Source: the human T2T-CHM13v2.0 reference genome, Homo sapiens
DNA length: 64,000 nt
Assembly: GCF_009914755.1 (NCBI RefSeq)
Contig: NC_060925.1
Direction: 5' to 3' (one strand)
Shown here: in pieces, positions 40,333-53,461 of the stretch
Numbering within the stretch: position 1 is the first letter of the stretch
How the letters are laid out: each line of letters starts with the position of its first letter
Translations under genes and position numbers: made by a program
Notes under the pieces: model-generated
What the model saw: the letters and a program-made list of their open reading frames with translations, nothing else
Databases searched by the model: none
Told to the model about the DNA's origin: nothing

Positions 40333-40923
40333 CTGTATATTCTCCCTAGAAAAAGATATACCCACCCTCAGAATTTTTGTCTCTAATGTCATGGAGTTTA
40401 CAGACCTCCTGTTGCCCAACTACAGACCCTGCTCATGATTTCCAGGTGACAGTGTCTGTTTTCACGGGACTCTGAATGTGCCCTCAGATCTGCTCTGCTT
40501 AATGAGAAGTGCTTGTGCCCCTAACAGGGCAGTGTGGGCAGGGACACCTTTTTCCTCAAGCCTCAGGGAAGCCAGGGCCTCAAAGATCGACCAGGACTGA
40601 GAAATGAGGGCACCATGAGAGCCTAGGGCCCGGCCAGTTCCCCCATGTGTCAGTCACTCCCAGCATCTTTGCTGGCACCTCTTCTAGTGTCCCTGACCCA
40701 GTCTCCCTTTTCCTGGCCCCGGGTCCCAAGTGCAGTCAATGTCCCCAAGGCCAACCTATTGTGGAAGGAGCTAATGGCCAGACAGACTTTAGGAAGCTTC
40801 TGAAGAGGCTTCTCCTAGTGAGGAGCTTGTTGCTCAAACTTGGAGAGAATTACTTTGGATTCAGGGCCAGGTTGAAGGAATAAATAGGATGACAAAAATC
40901 ACAGGCTTGATATTGGTAGGAAC

Positions 40924-41195
40924 TTTTTTTTTTTTTTTTGAGACAGAGTCTCATTCTGTCACCCAGGCTGGAGTGCAGTGCCATCTCCCAGGTTCAAGCA
41001 GTTTTTGTGCCTCAGCCTCCCAAGTAGCTGGGATTACAGGTGTGTAACACCATGCCCGGCTAATTTTTGTATTTTCAGTAGAGACGGGATTTTGTCCTGT
41101 TGCCCAGGATGGTCTCAAACTCCTGGCCTCAAGTGATTCACTCGCCTCGTCCTCCCAAAGTGCTGGGATTACAAGTGTTAGCCACCACACCCGGC
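40924..41195 (-). mobile_element. AluS
   Basis: Reverse Alu with small internal deletion. Confidence 0.92.
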
Positions 41196-41214
41196 TGAGA
41201 TCTGATCATTTTTT

Positions 41215-41570
41215 AAAAAGAAATTAGGCTATTTCAGGAATCCTCACTTTAAGGACAGGTCAGTCTTTGTCAGGAGCCCTCAGTTAAGGTAAAATAGAGT
41301 TATGTCAGAAGCCCTCAGCAAAAGACAGGTGGAACTTTCTCAGGAGCCTTCTCAGCAACCTTTAGTTAAAAATAACTGAAGCCTTCCCAGGAGCCCCCAG
41401 TTGCTCAGGTTAAAGCATCAAACCATCTCCCCTATACCCCCTGCCACCAGGGGTGGTTTTTTGCTAAGGAGGCAGAACTTGTCCTCTTTATGCATTACAC
41501 CCCTGGCCAAGACAGGGAGTGTCTGTTTCTGTATTGCTATAGCTTCTTCATTGAAGAAAGCATCGCTTAC
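41215..41570 (+). mobile_element. ERV1 LTR fragment (MER110-like)
   Basis: Repeated tcaggagccctcag motif, agttaaaaataac and aagacagg...gtgtct...ctgtattgc resemble the recalled MER110 consensus. Confidence 0.6.
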
Positions 41571-41629
41571 TCTTTAAGTTCTTAAACAAAGGCAAAGGCA
41601 AAAAAAAAAAAAAAAAAAAAAAGCTTTTG

Positions 41630-42020
41630 GATATCTGGCGTGCTTTACTAGGGTATTATGTCATTACTGTTATTAATTATCATTAACAGTCTTAAAATAT
41701 GCCTATTAATGATCTTAACACAAAATAACAGTGCAGGTCTTAGCCAAGAGTGGCATAATTACCTATTAATGAGATGTAAATTTCCCAGGGAAATGACAGA
41801 GATCTAGAAGTACCACCTTCTGAACATAATAAAGTTAATAATAATAATAGTGTATAATCTGAAGATATTAGTGTTAATTTGAATTCTAACACCATATTTA
41901 AACAGACTGAGAGAAGTACAAATTATTTGCATAGCACAAACCAAAAGCCCCTAATCCATGCTATTAAGGAAAAATCGATTGTTCTTCTCTGAATGATATA
42001 AAACTGACTCTTGGCAGTCA
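41630..42020. promoter_or_regulatory. Candidate homeodomain/POU-rich intronic element
   Basis: Non-repeat, dense TAAT/ATTA; cctattaatga twice (41702, 41762); octamer atttgcat 41925-41932. Confidence 0.35.
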
Positions 42021-42389
42021 TTGTATGGTGTTTTCAGTTGCTTATTTTATTTCTTTTACTTAGGGTTTATATGTCTTTTATTTTCAAAAACAACCTGAGG
42101 TACCTTATACAATGAAGCCCAATATAAAACAGAATTAAAAAAATAAAAACACAACAAAACCCAGTTAAAGGGGACAGAGAAGTAGATGTTACCAGGCCCT
42201 CAGGATAAACTACTGCACATGAGCTTTGATTTCAATTCTCAGTTTCCTGGGAACCAAGAGGGACAATTTAAGTAACTGAGTTACTGGTTAGTAACCAGCC
42301 TTGTCAGGACAGGCGCAAGCTCTGGGTCTGAAGAACACTTCCCTGCATCTGTGAGCAATGCAGTCCTGCTTGTGGCTATTAGGACATCA

Positions 42390-42560
<171 letters not shown>

Positions 42561-44299
42561 TTAGGGAGAATGACCCCCTTGGGAAACTACACATCCACGA
42601 AGCATTTATTGAGTGCCTGCTGGATACACAGTGCTGATCTAGGCACACAGAGGGTGTTCAAAGACAAAGTGATTCTCAGCAGAGGTGATGAAAACCAGCA
42701 GGCTTCTGCCCCAGAAACATGAGGAAGTGACTCCGCCAAAGCCATGGTCTAATCCCCAACCTGGAGGCTTGCCTGCTTCCTTTGTGTTTCCTCTTTTCTC
42801 CTTTTCTGATTTCTTTTCCTGTCTCCTCTCTTTCTGGCTGAGGTCCTGTGAGGCTCTGGGTATAATTCCCCATGAGTTTACAACTAACAATTGCCAGTAG
42901 ACAATATTTATTCACATAGTAAGGGAAATAGAGCCAACTCTAAGTAGAAGAATGAGCATGCTTCTTATCATAGACTTTATTCTTTCAAAGGAATGTCTAC
43001 TGCTTTTATAGAAATAAGTGCCTATTAGTTTTTAAAGAAAGCAAAAAATAAAAAACCAACACAATCTAGAAATAATTATTCCTGACAGTTGACATACAAA
43101 GAGATGGTGGGATCAATAGATGGAATCATATTCAATGAAATAATTTCATACAAATGGGATCAAACTGTGCGTGCTATTAAAATTAAAATGTTTAAATTTT
43201 CTTTCTGGAATTTAACTGAATAAAAGGAAACAGGTGTGAAGCTAAAGGAATTGTTGAACCTGAAATAATATGCTTTTAGCACAAGATAATCATTTTTAAA
43301 GATTCCTCTAAGGGAAAAAGATACCACTGAACACTTGGGAATACATTTAGGAAAGACCTTGTCCACTGCTGGGCATCCATGCCTGGTGACCCTCACAGGG
43401 ACCTGATTGTGCACACAGGTCATAGTGAGGTGGCCAGTCTCCTACACACCTTTGTCCTTAACCCCCTCTAAGCCTCAGCCTGCCTTACCACACCCAGGTA
43501 GGAATCTAGGAGGAATTTCAAGGTTTAACTTTGTCCCCATTTTTAGGTAATTTGAAATATCCGTGGTTCTCCTGGGTGCCGCTGTATACCTCCCACTGCT
43601 ATACAATATCTTGATGCCCAGGATATCCACTGAAGGGCATGAGTATCGGGCTCAGATGAGTTAAACCAGATATTTGTTAACAGACACTGTGAAAACCCTT
43701 ATGCTAGATGAAGCCCTTGCCCTTCCCACCATCCTAACCTTGTGGGATTCATGTTAACTCAGAATAGACTCAAGAAAAAGCAAAGAAAAAATTATCAAAT
43801 TATGCAGCAGGCAACCAAATAAGTTTCAAGGGCATCTTCTCTTCAAATATAAACACATCCAGCAAAAGATCCCTACCTCACCCCATATTCATATACTCTC
43901 TCTCATCAAAAATGTATACATAAAATAATGAAATCATACATATTATAAGGAAACAAACTTTGTTTAATCATCTTATGCTGGGGAAAGGCCTCCTAAGCAA
44001 GACACGCAGAGGACTCTCTTTGCACCTATTTGCCCTGTCAGTCTTCCATGGGAGCTGTCCATGGCATGGAGTTCTGATGGTACTCCACCTACCCACTAGC
44101 CACAGAGCTAGGTAAATGATCAATCGCGACATACTAGCCCTCATTTTTATGGACGGATTCAGGGTATGGGGAAGAGGGAAGAGACCATACCACCCAAGCA
44201 GAGTCATTCCGAGTCCTTCTATGGGATATAATATACAGACTCTGAAAGCCTTTTATTTTTGGACCTTAAACTACTACAATATAAGCTTGAGACTCCCAG

Positions 44300-44560
44300 C
44301 AGCCTTTTTATCATCACACAGAGACTATCTGCTTTAGAGAAAATGATATCGCCAGATAGATATAAATAAAAGCTGAGCAGTGGCAAGAGAAGAGAAACAG
44401 AACCCTGATGATGTATTTTTCAGATCCTTAATCCATGCAGCGAGATTTATCTCTTCAATGCCCAGTTACATAAGCTAACATTCTTTCTTTACTTTCTTTT
44501 TTTCTTAAACTAGCTTGACTTGGTTTTCTATCTCTTGAAATTGAGTGCTAATGGATACAA
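44300..44560 (+). mobile_element. Old MaLR LTR 3' part (MLT1J/K-like)
   Basis: cagttacataagctaaca...cttaaactagcttgacttggttttct...ggataca. Confidence 0.5.
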
Positions 44561-44884
44561 CATAAAACCCCAGAGGCCTTAAAGGAAAATATTGATTAAT
44601 AACTACATGAAAATTAAAAGCATGTATGTGTGACAAAAAACTGTAAAAGATAATGAGAAAAGTGCAACCTGAAAGGTTACGAATATGTGACAGGAGGAGG
44701 ATTTGTATTTATAACCTAGAAAAAGTTCTTACAAATCAGTAAGAAAACGGTAAACAGGAAGAAAAGAGCAAAAGATACAATACAAATTAATGATCCACCT
44801 AATTAATATAAAAATGTGAAAACTGAAACCCCAAGACTCATTTTTCACCTATCTAGAGTTGGCAAGGGCTAAGGAAAACAGATC

Positions 44885-46622
44885 CTGCACTTAACAACAC
44901 GATAATAAGGAAATACTACAAATTACACACATGCATTTCACACATTAAATGAAATGGGCACAAACTTGAAAAGCACAAACTACCGTAAGTTTCCCAATAT
45001 GAAACAGATCACTTGAATAGCCCTATAACTATTAAGGAAATTGAATTAGTAATTTTAAAACTCCCAAAAAAGAAATATCTAGGCCTAGATGATTTCGCTA
45101 GAGAATTCTACCAAACATATAAAGAAGAATTAACACCAATTCTACTCTAATCTCTTCCAGAAAAGAAGAACAAACATTTCCAAACTCATATTATGAGGCC
45201 AGTATTACTCTGGTACCAAGCCAAAGACAATACAAATAAAGAAAAATGAAGATCAATATTTCACATGCATACAAACACAAAAACCTTAACAAAATATTGG
45301 CAAGGAGAATTCAGCAATATATAAAAATATTTTTACACCATAACCAAGTGGGGTTGTGTCTAAAGATGCAAGGCTGGTTCAACATTTGAAAAATCAATCA
45401 GTGTAATCTACCATATTAACAGGTTAAAGGTAGAAAAATCACATGACCACATCAACTAATGCAGAAAAAGTATTTGACACATTTCAACACCCGTTTGTAG
45501 TTAAACGAAAAAAAAAAATTCAGAAACCTACAAATAGAGGGTAAGTTTCTGAAGTTGATAAAGAACATCTACAAAAAAAAAAAAACAGTAGCTGACATCA
45601 CACTTCATGGTGAAAGACTGAATGCTTTTCCCTTAAGATTGAGAAAAAGGCAAGGATTCAACAACTCAGTTAGAAAATCCGCAAAAGACATGCAAGAGAC
45701 ATTTCACCAAATAAGACATATGCATGGCAAATAAGCACATGAAAAGATGTTTAACATCACTAGCCTTTAAGGAAATACAAATTAAGACCATGAAGAAATA
45801 TTACTACATACCCATTGGAACAGCTAAAATAAAACACTATAGTCACGATACCCAATGCTGGTGATGATACAGGAAAACTGGATTCCTCATACAATGCTGG
45901 TAGAAATGCAAAAACATGCAGCCACTCTGGTAAATAGTTTGGCAGTTTCTTTAAGAAAAAAAAAACCACATAACTATACAACTCAGCAATTTACTCCAGA
46001 GAAGTGGAAACTTATATCCATTAGGCCCAAAAACCTATGCATAATTGTTCATAGCAGCTTTATTCCTAATAGCCCAAACTGGAAACAACCAAAATGTCCT
46101 ACAATAATAGGTGAATGACTAAACAAACTGGAGTACATCCATACCACAGAATACTACTCAGCAATAAAAAGGAATGGACTATGAATACATGTAGCAATTT
46201 GGGTGGACCTCAAGGTCATTAAGCCAAGTAGGGAAAAAAAGCTAATCTCAAAAGATCACATGCCATGTGATTCAATTTATATAACATTCTAGAGATGATA
46301 AAATTAAAGAGATGGAAAACAGATTAGTGCTTGCTAGAGATTAGGAATCGTAAGAGGAAGGGAAATGGATATGACCACAAAGAGGTAGTATGAGGAGATC
46401 TTTGGGTGATGGAATCATTCTGTGTCTTGATTGCAGTGATGGTTATGGGAATCTGCATGTGATAAAATGACACAGAAGTATACACACACATTGCACCAGT
46501 GGCAGTGTGCTGGTTTTGAGAGTGTGCTATAGTTACATAAGATGTAACTATTGGAGGAAACTGGGAGAAGGGTACATGGAACCTCTCCTGTGAATCTATT
46601 ATTATTTCAAAATAAAAAGTTT
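44885..46622 (+). mobile_element. L1M (L1MD-like) decayed ORF2 fragments and 3' UTR
   Basis: agaattctaccaaacat, gatgcaaggctggttcaacatt, agactgaatgctttccc; 3' end atagttacataagatgtaactattgg...tcaaaataaaaagt. Confidence 0.85.
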
Positions 46623-46644
46623 CATGAATACAAATCTACCATAT

Positions 46645-46945
46645 TGACTTCTGATTAGCTCCAGTCTTGAGAATGCCTCCTGATTCCTATTTTATTTACT
46701 GTTCCTAGCATAAGAATATGTCAATCTTGATGTTTATCATACAAGTTACAGGCTATGACACATACAGTACCCTTGCCTGTTCTAGAGGCTGCTTTTCATT
46801 GTCTGGCTGGACACATACACCCTTTCCCTATGGTACATATGCCCTGGGTCTGGGGAGTAACATTGCAGAGATCTACCTGCCTTGTGGCTACCCAAGACCA
46901 TGCTTCTGTCTGTGAATTTCCCCAGTAAAACACCCTCTACCAATA
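46645..46945 (+). mobile_element. ERV LTR fragment (MER90-like, family uncertain)
   Basis: gccctgggtctggggagtaac...agatctacctg...ccaagaccatgcttctgtctg. Confidence 0.5.
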
Positions 46946-49322
46946 AAAAATTAAATTTAATTTAATAAGTTTTAAAAAATTATATCTATGGCTCATATTA
47001 TATTGCTATTGGACAGTACGCCAGTCCTCCATTAGATCAGACTTACACTCAGTCTCCCTGGATTGGGCTTTGAGCTTTGTCTTTTCCAGGCCCCTCACTC
47101 CAGCCGCCTCCTATCCACTCCAGCCTGTATTGCACCCTCCCCGCCCCCACCGGCGGCACTGACTGCAGCCTTGCTGACTACCAGTACCAGAACTCAGGCC
47201 ACAGGGCCCCCGTTAGCCTATTCCTTGGCTTCCTGTTGACTTGCCCATGCACCAGTTGCCCTTTCCCTCCCCCGAAATATTCGTATCTTCAGTGACAGAC
47301 TGACATCATCCCATTGTACCCTATGGATTAAAATAGTAAATTGTCCCCAGCAAGGCCAGACCTATATCTGGTTCCCCAGACCCCATCCTAGCAAGCGCTG
47401 GTTGTCTCCATCTCCAGGTGGGCCCAATTCACAGCAGCTGCAACTTGTCTCTCACCCATGTCTACCAGAATTATGCCCTTGGGTGCCCTTCCCAGACACT
47501 CAGCCTAGGGACCATCCTTTCCTTCAACTACATAGAGCCTCATGGAGGAAGCTCAAACCTCACCAGGCCTTCTCCTATGAAGTCCTCTCTGAGAATGGCA
47601 TTCCTCTCACTAAGCAGAAATTGTTGATTTTATTCCCCAACTTAGTTCCAGTATATTTTTGCACTGCCATTAAAGATTCCTAGACCCTAGTTTCTCGGTA
47701 CTATATTGATGCAAGCTGTGAATAGCTAATGTACACTGTCAACAAACAATTACAGTTTTATCACTTACAATATATGGAATTGCAGCTTGCTAGGCATTTT
47801 CTCTAATCAGATATTTACCACTGCTCTGCTCTTTCCCAGGGTTGGTAGATAAATTCCAGCAGGGAGGATTCCTCAAAGGCGCTAGCTAAGGCTGGGGGAG
47901 GGTATGGGAAATTGAATCTCCCCAGCTGGATACCTGAATCATCGCTCCCCCACCCACTTATCTTTGAGATCGATTTTAGACACGCTGAAGACCCCGCAGT
48001 TAGGAGGAGCTATGGTGTTGCATGACAGAATGAGCAAATAAAACTTTCAGACTTTCCCATCTTTTATCTGACAAGATTAAATACCATATTGAAAGGAGTG
48101 AGGTATCCTTCAATAGTGAAATCCAGACTTAGCAGAGAAATGCAGTAAAATGATGGCAAGGCAGGTGAGAGTCCCCTGTTGCTATGAGTTATCCTCCTTG
48201 CAGACTCTAAAATGCACAGAGAACAGCATTTTGCAAACAGGTGGCATAGCCAAACGTGTAAAACAATACTCATCTTCTGCTTTACATCAGCCTTATTGTC
48301 TTCTCATTTTCTCCACTGTCTTTTCTTTGTTTTTGCCTTCCTGCCAAAAGTAACCCAGAGTCTTGAAAATGGGACGGCCAGGACACCATATACTCCTCAT
48401 TTCTCAGCTCAGAATCTACCCACAGCCTCCCACTGTTCTTAGGATTAAAGCCAGAATCCCTAACGAGGTTCACAAATCCTGCATGGCTTGGCCCTGACAG
48501 ATTCTCTGCTCTGTCTCCTGCCTGGCTCCAGCCCCCCAGTCTTCTTTGGTCAAGGCCATCCCAAGGGCAAAGGAAGTGGTCAGCCCAAAGTGCAGGCAAT
48601 AAGGGCATTAATTTCCTGTAGGGAATTTGAAATCAATAATAAAATGGACTTTAAAAGTTCACTTCTTATCACCATGCATCCATGTTCTAAATAATGTCAG
48701 TGATTAAATACTCTTCCCCCGCTTTTCTCCCACTCCCTTCCTTCGTACACCTCTGGTTTCAGTTCCTTCAATTTGCCATGCCCCATCTTCAGGGTCTTTG
48801 CACGCACTGTCTCCCATTTAGAACACTTTCTAACCCTTGGGATTTGTCTAATTAACTCTTTCTCATCATTCAAATCTTATCACGAGTGTCTCAACGTTAC
48901 TTCTAGAAAGGTGCATTCCTGACATCCCAGACCAGCCTATTCTGCATGCTCAGAGGTCCCAGTGAAGTCACTGGTATGGTTCACCTTGCATTTCCAGCTT
49001 TCCTTCTAGACACAGAGTGGAACAGCACCTCCCACCCCTGTGGAGGTCAGGCCTGGCCATGACACCAGCTTGGCCAGGGAGATTTGGGTAGCAGTGAAGG
49101 TCACTGTTGCCAGGAGGGAGGCTTGAACAGCCTGTGTACCTTTTGCTGAATTCCCTTCCCCTTATCCAAGGTCAGTGATCCTTGGCCTCCGCAGCCACGG
49201 TCTCTGAGCAACTCCCCTAAGCAAAGAGCCCCTGCAAACCTCTTTTGAATCTGCAGCATGAGCAAGAAATAAACTTTTGGTGAGTTAAGCCATTTCAATT
49301 TGAGGGTTGTTTGCTACCACCA

Positions 49323-50213
49323 TGTTTTCACTTGTAGGTTTTGTTACTACCATTCAGGTATGGTGAGGCCAACAGATCAGAAGACACTGCCGCTGAAAAG
49401 ATAACACAGTTTCCTAGAGGAAGGGGCATACTATGCCATGCAGGGCCACAAGCATGTCAGAAGCTCCAGCGTCAGTGACAAGGCAGAAGGAGCCTGGGTA
49501 AATGTGGGCAAGAGCCTTTATTGTGGTTTTCCCAAGAAGGAATGGGCAAGATCAGGTAAGCAGCTGAGCAGGTTTAGGATTGCCTAGTTTGAATAATTTC
49601 AGAGGGCACCAGGGTATGTGGACCACCCTTAGCTGTCTGATGTATGGCCCTGGGTAATTAGGGCAGGGGGATAGTAGATAAACAATGAGATCTCAATAAA
49701 AGAGGTAGAGGCCAGGCATAGTGGCTCACACCTGTAATCCCAGCACTTTGGGAGGCCAAGGTGGGAGGATCACTTGAGCTCAGGAGTTCAAGACCAGCCT
49801 GAGCAACATGGTGAAATCCCATCTCTATAAAAATGTTTTCAAAAATTTGTCTGAGTGTGGTGGTTACTCAGCTAAACTTGTGGTCCCAGCTACTCAGGGG
49901 GCTTAAGTGGTCCCAGCTATTCAGGAGGCTGAAGTGGGAGGATCACTTGAGCCTAGGAGTTCGAAGCTGCAGTGACCCACGATCGTACCACTGTGCTCCA
50001 GCCTGGGCAAAAAAGTGAGATCCTGACTCAAAAAAAAAATTAAATTAAAAAAAAAATAATAAAAGACTTAGTTGTGCTCTACCCAATTGGGATCATCAGT
50101 TTGCATATGAAAGGCATACTTCCGGGAGAGCTCTTTGCTATTTTAGGTCAACAAAGTCCCAAGATGTCAAAGTATCAGAAAATACAGACAATTAAAAAAC
50201 CATGATTAGTACA
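49323..50213 (-). mobile_element. ERVL LTR (MER74A-like) split by an Alu
   Basis: tcaggtatggtgaggccaacagatcag...gggcaagagcctttattgtggttt...catgattagtaca. Confidence 0.75.
49710..50064 (+). mobile_element. AluJ with 27-bp internal tandem duplication
   Basis: gtggtcccagcta occurs twice; TSD-like aataaaagaggtag / aataaaagacttag. Confidence 0.92.
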
Positions 50214-50681
50214 CAGAGTATAACCTGACCTATCCTGACTGACATCCCTTTTCTTTTCTTTTCTTTACTAGCACTAACCATAATTCCTAATTAGATGTTT
50301 ATTGGGGTGAGTAGTTTTCATTAAGGTCTCCCTGACTAGATGAAAGCACCCCAAGAGCCATGGCTGAGTTTGTGTTGCTCACCTTGCATGTGTATTTCTA
50401 AATGAATGGATAAATGAATGAATGGCCAACTATTTGGTGTTTCGAGGAGCAGCCACACAGAGTCTTAGGTGACTCTGATGCTGGCAGTATAGACAACAGG
50501 AGGGAGAGACATCCAGACTTGGGCTAAGTAACACTTAGTGACATGGCAAATCCCCTTCACACCCATGAAATGAGGCGAGATATAAGGAAAAAGCAGACTG
50601 CTTCGAACACCTCCACTTCTTCCTAATCATTCCAGGAAAAATAAAAGGGTGGGAGCTTTTATTTTAAAGAGGGTATTATTA

Positions 50682-50976
<295 letters not shown>

Positions 50977-52094
50977 TGGGCCATTTATTTATTTATTTAA
51001 ATAAGGAAGAGGGGACAGAAGTGCTGGACTGTACACAAAAGGACTCCCATTCTAAGCAGAAGGACTTGAACTCCCCCACCAGAATTTGGCTCGGATACAA
51101 CTGAGCTTCCTGCCTTCAGGTGTCACTGAGGCCTTGAGCACATCAACAATGCCCAGTGTGGACTGAGACCTGAGGGTCTTCCTGGAATGCCAGGTCTATG
51201 TAAGACCTTGCTTGGGAGAATCCCAACAGTGGCTGAAGTGAAATTCTTCCCCTTTATGCATGGGACTCAAAGTCAAATTGTTTTTAATGCAGGAATATGA
51301 CATTTCTTCCACCCAAGTGAAGTGTCTGCAAATTCCTACCCATGGAAATGAAAGCTCATTTTCTTACTCCAGGAGTTTGTGCCCATGTTTGAGAACTTCA
51401 AGGCTCTCAAGCTGACCAACTACTCACTTCCTCAGGCTGGGGTCTCTTGGCTTTGACGTGCCAGGCTTGCAGCAAGGAGACCCTAAAAGACCCCTCACCC
51501 TGTGGGGTGAGGAACAGTTGAAGACAGTAGGCACGTATAGTCTGGGGTCCAACAGAGTTGGCAAGGCAAAGGATAAGAACTGTCTCCACATCCCTAGGGC
51601 CATGCTTGACACACCAATGTCCTCATGAAATGCTTGGCAAAGAAAAAGGACCACAGGACAGAGGCTCCAGAGAGACACACTTGGGCTCCACGCAGAGAAG
51701 AACACTGGCATTCACATCTGCCAAAGGTATGAGCGTGCCACCTCTCAAGTTCAATCCAATTTTAATCCCTCAAATATTTACTGAGTGGCAACAGGTCTCA
51801 GATGCTGATCCTCAGAGAGGAGGAGGAACATACCTGGTTGAATCTTGGGCCAAGCTCAGAGACATGGCTTTGCTTTTGCCAGTCAGAGAACCAGTGAGAA
51901 AGGCCATAATGAAACTCTGATCTCAACAAACTCCAACCTGGAATTATGGAGTCTATTAGTACATTGGGTTGACCCCATTACTGGAGTAAATGTAAGTCTT
52001 GATTCCTGCTTGATAGAAAAACATAGAAGACAGGGAAAGACGGAAGAATTAGGCTTTGTCCAAATGTCTTCCAGGCACATGGAACTTTCTGAAA

Positions 52095-52327
52095 CTGTCT
52101 GGAGTAGGGCGGCTGGCAAATCAAAACACTATCTGCCAAGACTGTCAGTGTGACAAGTGTTGCTTACACTTACTCTTTTATTCCCAAGGTCAAATTGGCA
52201 TGTCATTTTTCATATCACTGTTTGATGTGCTAACAGCCTTAAATGAGAACCATTCAATAAAAGCCCAATTTGCTATATTACCATTTATTCCTGGATAATT
52301 CTATATTAGTTGGGCTCTTTAAGATTG
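52095..52327 (-). repeat. Inverted copy of 54534-54765
   Basis: Manual alignment: 13 substitutions and 1 indel over 233 bp (~94%). Confidence 0.97.
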
Positions 52328-52637
52328 TCTCTGTGCTGCCCCAAAATCTGGAGAACCATGTGATAAACCCCCACTTTTCATAACTTTCTGAGGATGGAGG
52401 CAGAGCCCTGAGTCGTCCCTGAGTGAGTGTTGCTGGGACTGGTTCCCTAGGCCTCAAGTGAAATAAGAGATCTGGATCAGCTAGAAGGACATAATGATCA
52501 GGAATGACAGAGATGGATGGCTCTCTGGGTGACGTGGCCCGAGGCTTTGCCTTGCAAGACCTGGCCTGCCTTTCTTTCTACCTCAGCTCATGGCTCTCTC
52601 CCCTTTGGTCTTTCCCCCTCTACCCACACTGGCTTCT

Positions 52638-53047
52638 ATTTTTTGAGAAGGAGTCTCACTCTGTGGCCCAGGCTGGAGTGCAGTGGCGTGATCTCGGCTC
52701 TCTCCAAGCTCTGCCTCCGGGGTTTCACACCATTCTCCTTCCTCAGCCTCCCGAGTAGCTAGGATTACAGGCCACCACCATGCCTGGCTAATTTTTTTTT
52801 GTATTTTCAGTAGAGATGGAGTTTGACCATGTTAGTCAGGATGGTCTCGATCTTCTGAACTCGTGATCTGCCCGCCTTGGCCTCCCAAAGTGCTGGGATT
52901 ACAGGTGCCCGCCACCACGCCCAGCTAATTTTTTTGTATTTTTAGTAGAGACAGGGTTTCACAGTATTAGCCAGGATGGTCTCAATCTCCTGACCTCGTG
53001 ATCCACCTGCCCCAGCCTCCCTAAGTGCTGGGATTACAGGCATAAGC
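52638..53047 (-). mobile_element. Alu with an extra left monomer (three monomers)
   Basis: Linker and left arm gtatttt-agtagaga...gtgctgggattacagg occur twice in tandem. Confidence 0.88.
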
Positions 53048-53461
53048 TGGCTTCTTATACTGTCCTTGAAGGTGCCACATCTCTTCCCATCTCAGGGCCT
53101 TTGCAGATGCTGTCCCTAGGACTCTGTGCCCAGATGTATCCCTTTGCCACCCAGGCGGCCTCCACCTTACCTTCCCCCCAACCCTGCATTAGCTTTTCAG
53201 GGCTCACTTTCAGCATCAGTTCCTCTGGGAAAGAGTTTAGGGATCCTTGATAAATGTCCTCAGAGAATAGAGTACTTCTACTTTGTAACATTCATCCCAA
53301 TGATCATGAATCGATTTTCTTACTGAATTGTTATATATCTGTCTTTCCTTCTTGATGGTAAGTCTCTTGGAGGCAAAGACTATCTATAACCTTTTCACTA
53401 TATCACTAGTGCACAGTACATATTAGATGCAATATAGAGTCAATAAATGACGGTTTCACTA

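Larger units (their letters stand above)
39833..40430 (+). mobile_element. MER117 (hAT-Charlie), host of MER3 and MER58A
   Basis: ctctttgtgaatccgatgaaagct...resumes tctccctagaaaaag...gtttacagacctcctg. Confidence 0.6.
49000..50245 (+). mobile_element. MLT1J-like LTR split by MER74
   Basis: gcatgagcaagaaataaacttttg...gggttgtttgctacc, resumes agtataacctgacctatcctgactgaca at 50217. Confidence 0.7.

Noticed and set aside
41235-41400. Five caggagccctcag-like motifs at 36, 35, 35 and 47 bp spacing, superficially like a CRISPR array
   Set aside because: Motifs are degenerate, spacers resemble each other, the DNA is eukaryotic with no cas genes, and the pattern matches internal repeats of a MER110-type LTR.
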